DNA of 55,787 nucleotides, the filler included, from Jimgerdemannia flammicorona (taxonomy: Eukaryota), in assembly GCA_003990765.1 (NCBI GenBank). It is 3 parts of 3 records of this genome, joined end to end, with 100 filler letters (N's around TTAATTAATTAA, not from the genome) between each part and the next. Parts side by side here need not be neighbours in the genome. Positions count along the whole stretch, not along the records: positions 1 to 18,535 come from RBNJ01002188.1; positions 18,636 to 37,163 come from RBNJ01002189.1; 1 more part is not named here. The stretch is one strand, 5' to 3'. Both the position numbers and the translations under genes were made by a program. Of this stretch, positions 9,150 to 20,997 are shown piece by piece. How positions within the stretch are numbered: position 1 is the first letter of the stretch; each line of letters opens with the position of its first letter. A model generated the notes under the pieces. That model saw only the letters and a program-made list of their open reading frames with translations. It made no database searches and was not told the origin of the DNA.

Positions 9150-11414
9150 TGTCAAGTTTTTATACTATAGTAAACTAAGATTCATTGAGCTTGATGCACT
9201 TAGAGAGGAGGAGGCCTGGCCTGGGTCTCTCAAAGAGTTTTGTAGCAGCTGCTAGAGCTGGTGAGATAGAGAGGCAGACTGATAGTTAGGGGCTGGTAAC
9301 TAGAGTGGATGACTGATATATAGTGGTGGAGGGTAAGAGAGTTGCTGTTAGGCATATAGTTGGAGGACAGAGGGGGGGGTAGTATTGACAGAAAGGGAGT
9401 CAGATGCCTAGTCAGCTGACTGGTCAGATGCCCAGCAGGGGTCAGGGGTCTGGAGGTAGGACTGCTGGGACTGGCTTTCCTGTAGTTGGACTGATGGCTA
9501 GAGTGTGACTACTGGTGGGACAGTAGTATCTAGTGAGGTGGTGGCAGCAGTATCTGGGAGCAAGAGTAGGATGACACTGGCTGTAAGGACTGGTAAGCTG
9601 ATAGTATATCCTTTCATAAGTCAGTATCAATATGGACAGTCTCTGCCAATTTCTTGGGCCCAGATCTATCAGCCAAAGAGGTTCTACAATTAGCAGGTAA
9701 AGAAGTTGTGGAGGTAGAGTTACTGAGATTTATTCCATCAGCAGAGGTTGTAGAGGTTGGTTTTATTGAGAAGAAGGTCATGGTGAAGGTCTTAGAGAAG
9801 CAGCTAATGGTCAATATCAAGATAGAGATAGCATGGTGTCTAAGATAAGACCTACATGCAGTGTGGCTGGTGGTTGAAGGATTGTCAATACTGAGCAGAC
9901 AGGAGACTAAGATGGTGATAGTCAAATCTCTAGAAGGTTTTAGTGAGATGGTGGATTTCAGGTTCATATTTTGGAAGAGTACAAAGTTGAGGAATGGTCA
10001 ACTATATGATGGTACAGTTGGAAGAGAAGGAGGCAACTGGGTTGGGGTGGGACTGGCTTGAGACCATTTATATAGGGGGATATGAGTGTTAGGTTTGGAG
10101 GAGAAAAGGCTCTGAACAGGAAGAGAAAGAGTAATTGATTGCCCTGGAGGAGTGTGATGAAGTAAAGGCTCTGCAGAAGTAGAAGTGAGAGAAGTTTGCC
10201 AAAAATTAGATCAGGATTAGAGCTGAAGGGAAAAGGAGATAATGGCATAAGGAAAATTGTGAGTAGTTTTAGGCAGTGTTGCAAGGGTCTGCTGAGGAGG
10301 AGGCTGAGAGAGTTGTGTGACAGAAATCAAATAGAAGAGGTGGAGGCAGCTGAAGTATCCTTCTTGTAGCTGAGGGGAGTGAGTGACTCTGTGTATGTAT
10401 CTGTGAAGGGAAAGTAGGCTGATGGAGAGGAAGAGAGGGGAGTGAGTTTTAAGGAGATTGTTGAGGTGATCACAGAGACTCAGATAGAGGATTCAACTAT
10501 GGTCAGATCTGTGAATATGCACTGAGAATATCCTGAGGCTAGTGAGGTAGTATGGCTGGACAAAGTCTCAGAGGAGGATGATTTGGTAGAGATTGCTTCT
10601 GATATGTCTGCAGATAGAGAATTGCTTCAGGAGTTGTGCATGACCCCTAAGCCTGCCACTCCAGGGCCACTGGTAATTGTGACAGATAGTTGGTTCCAAG
10701 TTATTCTTGAGGAGCTTGCAGAGGAAGACATTAAGGAAGTTGATGTATTTCAAGATTCTCCAGAGGTATGGGAAGAATTTCTTAATGTGGTAATACAGAG
10801 ACTAAAGTTGGTAACTATTATAGTGGTAGTCTTCCTGGAAGATGAAGGGTATGAGGTGGATGAAGCCTGGATGGCTGATATCAGGAAGGTGGCATCAGAA
10901 TGAGTGGACTTCTTTTGTAGTAGTATCAATAGAGAGTGAATTTAGAGGGCAGTCTGTGAGGAGTGTCAGGACATCATCAAGGATAGGGCTGAGAAGTTGT
11001 TGGCAGTAGTGGCAGATATCTAAACTGGCTATTCATGATGAAGGACAACCTAAAAATTTTATTGATCAATGTCAATAGTCTATAAGTTGAGGTTAAGTAA
11101 CAGTGTCTTTTTCAGTAGCTGAAGGTCCAGAGATATAATGTGGTGTTTCCTCAGAATATTAGGACTTATGATGCATAGGACTATGAGTTATAGAGAAAGG
11201 AATGGTTTGGTGGTACTGGTTGAAATAGGCAAGTTGGTATTCTAGTTAGTGTCAGTAAGGGTGAGCTAGTGGATGTGAAAACCTTTAATAAATGTCTGGT
11301 ATAGAGAAGGCTGAAGGGAGGGACTGGGGATGGACTTTTGGTAGACTCTATATATCTACCAGCAGTTGGCAGAGAGTGAAAGCAATGAGTGAAGGAGTGG
11401 TTGGCTTGAGAGGA
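9150..11414 (+). mobile_element. Highly degenerate L1/Tx1-like LINE: ORF1 and start of the APE endonuclease (5' boundary uncertain)
   Basis: ORF 10583..10903 (WEEFL...FLEDEGYEVDEAWMADIRKVAS) resembles the ORF1 C-terminus of the 20955-27014 LINE (WEEIL...LLESVEYQVNDQREEELRRIAS). An APE start, KILLINVNSL...VVFPQNIR, lies at ~11050-11165. Confidence 0.7.
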
Positions 11415-12860
11415 TTTTTTTTTTTTTTTTTTTTTTTAGTCCCTTGGACTCCATCTTTATTACCAGTCTATAAATAAGTATACAATATCACCACCCACTA
11501 TCCAATCCCCACTGGGGGGCCCCTCTCCACCTCTTCACATATAAAGACCACCTCTCACCAACTACTCCAACTCTCCCACCACTCTGATCACAGATTTTCA
11601 CCACCAAGCAGTGCCTCTGACCCCCCTGCAGCCCCCAACCAAGCCACCAGCCTGTCAAGGTATCCTCCATAAGGCACTGCCACCATGATAACCTACTTCC
11701 CAAGCTCTGTCACCTCTCCTCCTTAAATACAAATAGCCAGTGACTGGCCAGCCCAACCCAAATAGCCAATGCTCAGCCTAGAGTAATCCACTCCTCCTCT
11801 ACCCCTTCTATCAATCGATCCCTCAGGTCCTCCCACCTCCCCCATATCTCATCACCCCTACACCTTACCCCCAAGCAGTCCCCAATGGTCTGCCAAAAGT
11901 CTCTCAACACCTCACACTCCCCTAGCCAATGTTCTGGTGTCTGTACAAATCCCCCTTTCTGCCCTACATTATGGCACTCCTCGCAGTCAAAGCAGCCCCC
12001 TGCAACAAGGTGTCCTGAGCAGAAGTTGAGCATCACATTCCTCCTCAGCACGTGCCACCAGACCACCCAGTACTTTGGCGGCATCTAATTTTTTACTGTG
12101 GCACTCCAGGTCCAAACCCCATGCCAGTCCCACTCCTCACCAATTCTGACTCCTTGCCATCCACTAGGCCACAGATCCTGGCCCAGTCCCCTTTGGCATT
12201 CAATTCTATCACCAATGTCGAACTCAAGTAAAGGCATGCCTCCCAGCAGAATGTCATCCCATCTCCACATCACCGGGCCCCAAGCCCTCTCCCCCTCATC
12301 CCCTCGCCAGCAAATACCAATATAGTGTGCTCCCTCGGCTATCCCCCACCAGAAGCCTTTATATCTCAGTTGTACAGTGTTCTGAAGTCCAACTAATGAA
12401 AGAAGATCACCAGTCAAGCCTCTTAGTGATATCCGCTGCTCCCATACCTTCTGCAGCAGGGGAACCCAGCCCCCACCCCGCAGCTCCACCGCCCTCCTAA
12501 GCCACCATGCCCTCAAGCAGTGTAGTCTTTTGGAGAAGTCCACCAGTCCAAGACCACCTCTCACCACTGGTAGGGACAAAGTCTCCCAGCCAATCTGACT
12601 CCATCTGCCAGCCCAAATCCATCCCTTAGCCACCTTCACCAATCTCTTCACCACCCAGGCTGGGAAGTTCAGATGATAAGCCAAGTACCACATCTTCGGC
12701 AGCCAGTATATATTCAAAATCAAGATCCTTCCTGCCAGAGAGAAGTGTCTTCCCCCCCAATCCCGCAGGTCCTCCTCCCAAATTCCAATCCTCTGCTCCC
12801 ACCACAGCCTGGGCAGAACAGACCCATAGACTGACAAATAGATGCCCAAGTACCACACTG
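11415..12860 (-). mobile_element. 3' part of an L1/Tx1-like LINE ORF2 with polyA, interrupted at its 5' side by gypsy B
   Basis: T-run 11415-11437 and terminal hairpin 11438-11450. ORF motifs YLGI, SLAGRILILN, RGGLGL, and a C-terminal Cys/His knuckle (CFDCEEC...TPEHWLGEC). Confidence 0.9.
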
Positions 12861-13745
12861 TGTAATAGAATGAAAGAATGACGAACAGATGGGAGCAATG
12901 AACGATGAATGACGAACGACGAACGACGAACGATGAACAACAAATGACAAACAACAAATGATGAACGACAAATGATCATGTGACCCGGCGATGACATCAT
13001 CATATGAACGAAGCATAACATATGAATTATGAATGACGAATGATGTGAACGATGTGAAACAATACAGAAAACGATATCCAGCTTATCCCCAACAATCAGT
13101 ACCACAGCAACAGTTGCCACAGCAGCTGATCATTGCCTAGTAATTGAGGTCCTGATTACAAAGTTGTTTTTGCCAAAAACCACCTAACAAAGATCATGAT
13201 CACAAACCTCATTATAGTTACCAAATTAGTCACTCATACTTAGTCAGAAATCGTGGACCAACTTGTATAAATACCCCCCAGTTTCCATCCGAAATAAAGC
13301 AGTTTTAGTTCAGTCCTTGATACAAGAATCAAGGCCCCCCCACACACACATTTCCCTGAGTCTTAGTAATGACATCTAAGTGACTCTAGTGTTTCTGACT
13401 AAACTCCAAAAGCCTAGCTAACTTCTGCCAGAACTGAGACTGGTATATAAATCTCCCAAAGACTTAAGTAAACCCATTAAACCTGAATTCCAAGGCGAAT
13501 TCAGTCTGTACACAGCAAATAACAAGACCCTTGAAATAGGGTACAAGAGAAAGACCTTTGAAACAGAAGGCAAACCAAAGAAAGACTTTTGAAAGATAAG
13601 GCACTACTGCTACACTTACTTATAAGTGAGTGCTTCCTCAAACTGAAGGCTTCTTGGTACACATTGTGTACTAAGTCCCTAAGTAATAGTCCACTTCCCT
13701 AATTATCCAAAGGATAAGAGAGGGATAGAAGTGAGAGTTATTACA
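12861..13745 (+). repeat. 5' LTR of gypsy B (885 bp)
   Basis: TGTAATA...TATTACA 7-bp inverted ends, immediately followed by a PBS. Confidence 0.85.
12878..13055. repeat. Degenerate 7-bp (GACGAAC/GATGAAC) tandem repeat in the gypsy B LTR
   Basis: gacgaacgacgaacgacgaacgatgaac... Confidence 0.85.
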
Positions 13746-13748
13746 ACT

Positions 13749-13763
13749 TGGTAGCAGCAGTTT
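13749..13763 (+). promoter_or_regulatory. Primer binding site, initiator tRNA-Met type
   Basis: TGGTAGCAGCAG 3 nt after the LTR end. TGGTAGC is the usual start of an iMet PBS. Confidence 0.7.
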
Positions 13764-13846
13764 ACTAGCCAAGAAGGCACTAAAGAACATACTCCTGAAG
13801 TTGGAACAAGACCAACCTTGGACAGGAGTAACCCCCAGAAACAACT

Positions 13847-15620
13847 GTGGATCCTCAAACCAGAGCCAGAGAAGCCCTTGCCATTAGGACCAGGTGGTAC
13901 CAGGAAACTACAGACCCAAGGACTCACCAGCTCATAATTGACCAGGCTTATAAGGATCTATACCAGGCCTTTAGGACATACCACCCAGGACTTAGGAATA
14001 TTGCTAGCTGCCTTAGATTCTATGAGCTCCTCTGAGGACACATTGGAACCACTAGGACTCCAGAATCTACTGCTGCAGCCACCCAGGATTTTTTAGATTA
14101 TATTACACCCCCTGCTGCAAGAGAAGCAGCTGCCGAGTGGATTGCCTCTGACAGATATCATCATACACCAACCAAGACCTCCCTCTATTACAGGCTAGTT
14201 GTATACTATGCCTCTGCCATAACTAGGTATGAGAACGAGCAAGCAGGCCATCCATCCCCTACTGCTGAACAAGGAGCAGGCCCATCAACCCAGCCAGAGA
14301 CTAATATCCTCTTTGAAGGACCTAGTCAGTACGAGGATGCACTATCTCATCAGGGAAGGGAGTCAGATGAAGAATCTACAGGTCACCAGTCTGACAATAG
14401 CCAACTAGGAACAGCAGGCCTAGGAATTTACCAAGGAACCACAGGTCAAGAAGATCAGACCCCAGAACCAATACAGCCACCTATACAGAGATTTGGTTTA
14501 CCCTCTCTCACAGGACTCTTTGACTTAATATCTAGGAACCAAGTAACCCCAAGTCATACAGCACCACAACTCCACCAAGTAGAACAATCTTCAGGAGAAC
14601 CTACCCCAACAGGCCCACCACCAATAGTCAGTACAATGGTAGATGTCAACATTGCAGCACTGACCACTCAGCTAGCAGCACTAGCAGGGATAGTAGGACA
14701 GATTGCTGAACAGAACAAACCAACCAAGACTTTGCGAATCCCAACATTCAGTGGAAAAAACAGTGATATCGAAAACTTCATCAATGCAGTTGATACAGGC
14801 TACCGAGCAAACCAATGGAATGACAACCAAGTACCTATAGGAATGCTCACCAACAACCAGAACAGCACCCTTCAACAGCTGTTTGCCACATCAGCAGCAC
14901 AAGTAGAAACAGTAGCCACATTCTTCACTAGAACAGCAGCTGAATTCTGGCGAACCTTGGAACAATACCCAGTAACCTGGAAAGCCCACCCTCAAGTCAA
15001 TGGACAAGCACCTGGCAACAATAGATCAGGTTGGGATGACTATAAAGCAGGCCCAGGACTCAAGGCCTTGCTACTGACCAAATTCCGAAATGCAGCCTAT
15101 ATATAAGAAACATAGAACAAACTGTCTCAGATGAAGTTCCACAAGAATGGCAAAGAGGATCTAGAGACCTTTGCTACCAGAATGGATGCCTATCTCAAAA
15201 CTGTTAGACTTATCTATCAGGAAAACAATTTGGCCATCAATGGTACCAGAGCCAACCATCTCTTTGCAGCCCTACCAGACTGGCTCACTCAGAAGATCAA
15301 GGAACAAGGTCTTCCGCAAGGATGCCCCCACTACTCATGGTGCTTTGCCCAAGTACAAAGAAAAGCCCGTGAAATCCTTGCTGCACAAGCTCCACGATAT
15401 CAAGAACATAAGAAAGATACCCAAGACAGGAGAAATCCTACCAGGAGAAATGATCAAAGGAATGACCAAAGATATGATCAAAGATATGATCAAAGGAACC
15501 AGTGAAACCCCAGAGGACCCAGACCTCCCACTGAGGATAAGAAGAAGCAGCTCTGTGAAAAAGGATTGTGCTTCATCTGCAAGAAGGCAGGACAGATATC
15601 AGTCAAATGCCCTGAGAAGA
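13847..15620 (+). pseudogene. Gag of gypsy B with a long N-terminal extension and a degenerate CCHC knuckle
   Basis: IPTFSGKNSDIENFI capsid-like start in ORF 14636..15106. CFICKKAGQISVKCP at ~15568-15612. ORF 13847..14035 is in the same frame as 14636. Confidence 0.8.
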
Positions 15621-15699
15621 GAAACAGATCAGGCAAACCCAGTAACCAGAACATTACTGTTATTGGAGAAGGTCCAGGAAAGAAAAACCCCGAGAATGT

Positions 15700-16112
15700 C
15701 ATCAAAGTATAGAAGATATGGTACAAGACTACCATCTCCACTAAGGCCCACTCAACTGATGCTGGATATGACCTCTACAGTAGCCAAGACCTCACCATCC
15801 CACCAAGTACCAATGCTACAGTGTGAACAGGAATTGCAATGCAAGCCTCCAGAGGTACATACATCCGCCTTGCTGAGTGACGCAGCCTAGCCAAAGAGTT
15901 CAACATTGGGCTAGAAGGAGGAGTAGTTGACCAAGGATTTACTGGTGAAATCCATGTCATCTTGCAAAATTTTGGAGACACATCATTTGAAGTCAAAGCA
16001 GGCCAAAGAATTGCCCAAGCAATCATTGAAGAAATCTATCAAGATCTCACCATTGAAGAAGTCCCCGAACTCTTCCAGACAGATCATGGCAAGAAAGGGT
16101 TTGGATCTACCA
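15700..16112 (+). pseudogene. dUTPase of gypsy B, located upstream of the protease
   Basis: PTKAHSTDAGYDL, GGVVDQGFTGEI, RIAQAII and GKKGFGST, with stops. Confidence 0.9.
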
Positions 16113-16439
16113 ACAAACCTCCCAGTCAAAAGGTCACTACCATGAAGGAAGATGATGAAAACTGGTACAAGAGAATTACAGATAGTTATGCACTATGTGG
16201 ACGATGCCCTCATTCCATTCGAATGTACTGCATGGAATATGTTGGTGAATACCATGCATGCCTCTCCAAAGTTTTCAAAATTCAATCTGAAAAGCACCAA
16301 GCTCAACAGACTGAGGAATTCAAACAAGACAACCCTCCTTGTGAAGGATGGGGAGAAACTGACTTCGAGGAGACTGATAGCAATTGGGACAACAATGAGG
16401 ATGAAGAGCTCAATATTATTAAGAAGGAGGATAGTTGCA

Positions 16440-16790
16440 TCAAGTTCACAGGCCAAGTCTACAGACAAAATGTCAATATCTTGCTTGATAGTGGTGCTAC
16501 TGGAAACTATATTAGCACCAAGACTGCCAAGAGGATTGGAGCCTAAAGCAGACCAACTACTGAGAAAAGAAGTGTTACCTTTGGTGATAGAAAGACTGCA
16601 CCATTGACCAAGATCTGTGAAGACCTTTTGCTCAAGATTGGCAAATATCAAGAGAAGTTGGACTTCAGCATTGTAGACCTCCCAGGACAAGACATTATCT
16701 TAGGAAAAGCCTGGTTGACCCAGCACAACCCAGACATCAACTGGAGAACCAATGAGGTCAACCTGACCCACGAAGGCAGAAAGATCACCC
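16440..16790 (+). pseudogene. Aspartic protease of gypsy B
   Basis: ILLDSGATGNYIS and DIILGKAWLTQHNPDINW. Confidence 0.92.
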
Positions 16791-17039
16791 TGATACCCCA
16801 GGAAGGCACCAACCACCAAGGAATCAAAATCATCTCTGCCATTCAAATGAAGAGACTCTCTCGAAAAAAGGGAAACACCTACTTTATCTGTACAGTACAA
16901 GAAGTCACTAAAGCCACAAGTAGCCCAATTCCAACAGAAGCTTAAGAACTGTTTGAAGAATTCCAAGATGTATTCCAAGATCCTCAAGGACTTCCACCCA
17001 AATGCCAAATCCAACATGGAATTGATCTTTTCCCAGAAT

Positions 17040-18285
17040 CTGAACCCCCATACAAGAGTATCTACCAACTGGCCCAACCTGAGCTCAAGACCCTCAAGGA
17101 TGAGTTGACCAAACTACTGGCCCAAGGATACATTGAACCCAGCTGCTCTCCATTTGGAGCCCCCATTCTATTTGTCAAGAAGAAGGATGGCTCTCTGCGA
17201 ATGTGTATTGACTACAGAGCCCTCAACAAGATCACTATTAAGAATCAGTATGCCTTGCCCAGGATTGATGAGTTGCTACATCAAATCTTCAAGGCCAAGA
17301 CCTTTTCTCTACTGGATTTGTGAAATGGCTACCACCAGATTCTCATTGATGAGAAGGACATTGAGAAGACAGCTTTCCGAACACGGTTTGGACACTACTA
17401 GTTCTGAGTCATGCCTTTTGGATTGACCAATGCACCAGCAACATTCTAGTATCTGATGAATGACATCTTTGGACCACTCCTCAACATCTGTGTCCTTGTG
17501 TATATTGATAATATACTAATTAACAGCGAGACAGTAGAGCTACACTATACCCACCTTAGACAAGTACTGACCCTTCTGCGAGAACACCAGCTCTATGCCA
17601 AGATGAGCAAGTGTAAGTTCTACTAAGACCAGATCGAGTACTTAGGACATATCATCTCTGCTGAAGGTATCAATGTGGACCCGCAAAAAGTATCAGCCCT
17701 TAAGAATATCCCTATCCCTACTACCCTCAAGCTACTCCAGTGCTTTCTGGGTATTGCCAGTTATTACCGAAGGTTTATCCAAGGATACTCTGCTATTGCA
17801 GCCCCATTGACCAGCCTGGCCCATAAAGGAGTAAACATCAAAGCTGAATGGACCCCCGAATGCACTCTGACTATGGACCATCTCGAGAGACTCCTTACCA
17901 AGGCCCCAGTGCTAATTGTACCTAATCCTACCAGACCATTCACTCTGACCACAGATGCCTCTGATATTGCTATTGGAGCAGTACTCAGTCAAGAAGACTA
18001 CCCAGTGGCCTACCTCTCCCAAAAGCTCAAACCAGCTGAGACCCGGTATACCACCAATGAGAAGAAACTCCTGGCTATTGTCACTGTACTCCAGGAATGG
18101 CACCATTTCCTCCTAGGACAGCCATTTGTGGCCTACACTGATCACTATGCAATGCGGTATTTTCACACACAGCCCATGCTGACCCATAGACAAGCCTGCT
18201 GGATGGAAATCATTGCCAACTTTGATATGGAAATCAAGTATATCCCAGGCAAAACCAACTGTGTGGCTGATGGTTTCACCAGGTA
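17040..18285 (+). pseudogene. RT and RNase H of gypsy B
   Basis: [40 protein letters not shown] (from YIDD), TDASDIAIGAVL, YTDH, PGKTNCVADG. Confidence 0.95.
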
Positions 18286-18510
18286 CATGGAAGACAAACT
18301 TGTCTTCATGGTTGAAGTAATTGGAGACCTTACCTAAATGATCAAAGATGGCTACCAACAAGACAGCCCCCTGATGAATTTTCTTCAATTCTGCCAAGAC
18401 CCAGAGGCCGAGGTTCCAGAACCCATGAGGCAAATGGCCAAGAGATTCACCTATCATAATGGACTTATCTATAGGGACCATGACAGAGTGGTTGTACTCA
18501 ACAATGATAC

Positions 18511-18535
18511 TTTTTTTTTTTTTTTTTTTTTTTTT
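18511..18535 (-). other. PolyT, probably the polyA tail of a LINE inserted into gypsy B pol; contig end
   Basis: An abrupt 25-nt T-run interrupts pol just before the spacer. Confidence 0.6.
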
Positions 18536-18635
18536 NNNNNNNNNNNNNNNNNNNNNNNNNNNNNNNNNNNNNNNNNNNNTTAATTAATTAANNNNNNNNN
18601 NNNNNNNNNNNNNNNNNNNNNNNNNNNNNNNNNNN
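18536..18635. other. Artificial contig spacer
   Basis: 44 N + TTAATTAATTAA (stops in all six frames) + 44 N = 100 bp. Confidence 0.97.
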
Positions 18636-18977
18636 GTAGCCACCGACGCCTTCCCCAGGCCCAGCCAACTATCCAGCCCAGAAGCCATCGCCCCCATCCT
18701 GACCTTGTCAGCAAAGGTCGTCCTCTCCCCTCCTCTCTGCCTCAGACCTCCCCTTCCCCCGCCGCTGGGGCCCCGGCTAGCCATCGAGGCCCCTGGCATC
18801 CCCAAACCATCTCCCCTCCTCCCCACCTGCTGCCAGCCAAAGGCACCACCATCTCCCTGGCCAGTACGCTCACCAGATCGATCGTTGCCATCCATGTTGT
18901 TAGTCGCTGGACACCAAAAACGTTGTAGAAAGTGTTGTCTGAGTCTTGTGTAACCTGAATGTTACCGGAGAAAGATG
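18636..18977 (-). mobile_element. 5' end (5' UTR and ORF1 start) of a LINE of the same family as 20955-27014, inserted into DIRS-1
   Basis: ORF1 MDGNDRSGERTGQG... The 5' terminus CATCTTTC..GTAACATTCAGG falls at the same point as in the 27014 copy. Confidence 0.88.
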
Positions 18978-19900
18978 ATGACCCAGGCTATCTTTCCTAT
19001 ACACTTTTGTATTTGGGCACTCATCCACAATATACAGATCACCCTCTACCACTCCAATTGGAATAAATGGATGATACTTTCCTGGGCATCATTGACCGAC
19101 CTCCATTGGTGGTCCCATGAACTGCTGAGATAGAATGGCTGCTCTCTCCTCACTGAGGTCCCCGAGATCATGGTGGACATGGATGCCAGTGATGTGGGAT
19201 GGGGTTTCAAGATCTCCTCCTCCATCACCAACATCAATCATACTGCATGGCAGGCAGCTGGCACCTAGACATCCTCAGAGTGCTGCCTGTCCATCAACAA
19301 CTACAAGCTGAAGACAGTTCTCTTTGCTCTCCAGATCAACTCACACCACTGGTGGAACCATATAGTCCTGGTCCAGATAGACAATATGACCACACAGGTA
19401 TTTATCAATAAACAGAGAGGCTCTCTCCACCACCTCCATGACATTGTGATGTGCATCCACTCAATCTGCATAACACACTGCATTCGCCTCTTTACAGAAT
19501 ACCTCCCAGATTTGGAGAATGTTCAGGTGGACTTTTTGAGCCACCTCTATCCCAACTCCAATGACTGGAAGCTGTACCCAGCAGTGTTCTGATGCCTACA
19601 CCACCTGTGGGGCCTGGTCCAACTTGATCTATTCACCTCATGAATGACCATGCAGACCCCCCTCTTCTATAGCTGGTGTGCTGACCCTGAAGCCTTAGGG
19701 ATGGATGCTTTTTGACACTACTGGTCTCCAACCAGGGCATATGCGAACCCTCCTTGGATCCTGATCAATTACATACTCCACAAGATGAAGGAGGACCAAT
19801 GCTCTCACCTCATTCTTATTACCCCTTTTTGGCCACAACAGAGCTGGTGGCCCGAACTCCTGGAGATGGTGGTAGCCCCCCTGATTCTCCTTCTATGTTG
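18978..19900 (+). pseudogene. DIRS RNase H plus Dam-like methyltransferase domain
   Basis: DMDASDVGWG, IDNMT, ENVQVDFLS, DLF, MDAF, YANPPW (19740-19757), LITPFWPQQSWWPEL. Confidence 0.85.
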
Positions 19901-19959
19901 GGCTCTGATGGCAGCTATATGGATGCGCCATTGGGACACCCTTGTCTGGCTGATCAGCA

Positions 19960-20900
19960 GCACTCCCCAGATACCATGGTGCTGGTGGAGCCAGCTCATG
20001 ACCTCATCTACACCAGTATCCAGACCACTTCCCACAAGAACTATGAGTCCACCTACCAACACTATGTCCATGGTATTGTCAATAGCATATCGATCCCCTT
20101 TATACATCTACTGAGCAGCAGATGAACTGCCTTGCCCATCTCTTTTATGAGAGCATGAGCACCTGACAACTCCATGGCATCTGCACTACCATTGGCCAAT
20201 GGACCCCCACTATTGATGGTGTCCATTACTCTAAACTCCCTACAGTCTCTTGCCTCATCTGGGGGGCAGGCAACTTATATCCCCCCCCACCCAAGAATAA
20301 GGCCCAGCAGTGGGATGTCTCTGTTCTCATCCACTGATTGGCCTCTGTGGGTCCCTTTGACTCTATCAAGCAGTGGGTCCTGTATGGCAATAAAACCCAT
20401 GCCCTTTTGGTACTTTGCACATCATAGTGTGTCATAAGTGACTTTGCCCAATATTAGGCAACTATAGATTTCCAGGGTGGCCCAAGTGACTGACCTGCCA
20501 AAATGGTTCTCACTGCAGACATGACTAAGAAATGCACACCCAACTCTCTCTTCAAAACCTCCTGCCCTATCCCAGCACTTCTGGAGGACAAGGACATGTG
20601 CCTGGTGTACTGGGTCTACCACTGGATGTGTGAAATAGAACCCCTATGCCCACCACATGACAGAGACAGCCTCTTCATCAGCACACACTCTCTCCATCAC
20701 AACTTAATCACTGACTGCATTCACAACTGGTTTTGGGAATGCATGGTGGCCATTGGCATCAACCCCATCCACTGCCCCCATTCTGTTAGGGCAGAATCCT
20801 CCACTGAGACATTGGAAGGGGGAATTCCCATCAACAAAGTCCTGGAGAGTGGGAACTAGAACTCCAAGACTACTTTCAAATATCACTACCATCTATCCCA
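19960..20900 (+). pseudogene. DIRS tyrosine recombinase
   Basis: HSVRAES (HxxR), then GN*NSKTTFKYHY (catalytic W/Y region), and CLVYWV/LFIS blocks. Confidence 0.85.
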
Positions 20901-20997
20901 CAGGTCACTGTTTCCAAGACCTCTCAGATAAAATCTTTAGTATACATAGTCCTCTTTTTTCTTTTAAAGTCCCTTGGACTGCCCTTTATTATGACAT

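Larger units (their letters stand above)
12861..18510 (+). mobile_element. Ty3/gypsy LTR retrotransposon family B (5' LTR to RNase H; 3' part cut by a polyT tail and the contig end)
   Basis: LTR, PBS, gag with knuckle, dUTPase, DSG protease, RT and RNase H in order. Confidence 0.93.

Noticed and set aside
12626..13120. ORFs with hydrophobic/RSSFVV repeats as a membrane protein
   Set aside because: They are translations of the 7-bp LTR microsatellite fused by chance to LINE sequence.
18511..18977. PolyT before the gap and the LINE 5' end after it, read as one LINE spanning the gap
   Set aside because: The spacer is artificial, and the flanks belong to different hosts (gypsy B versus DIRS-1), so no TSD can link them.
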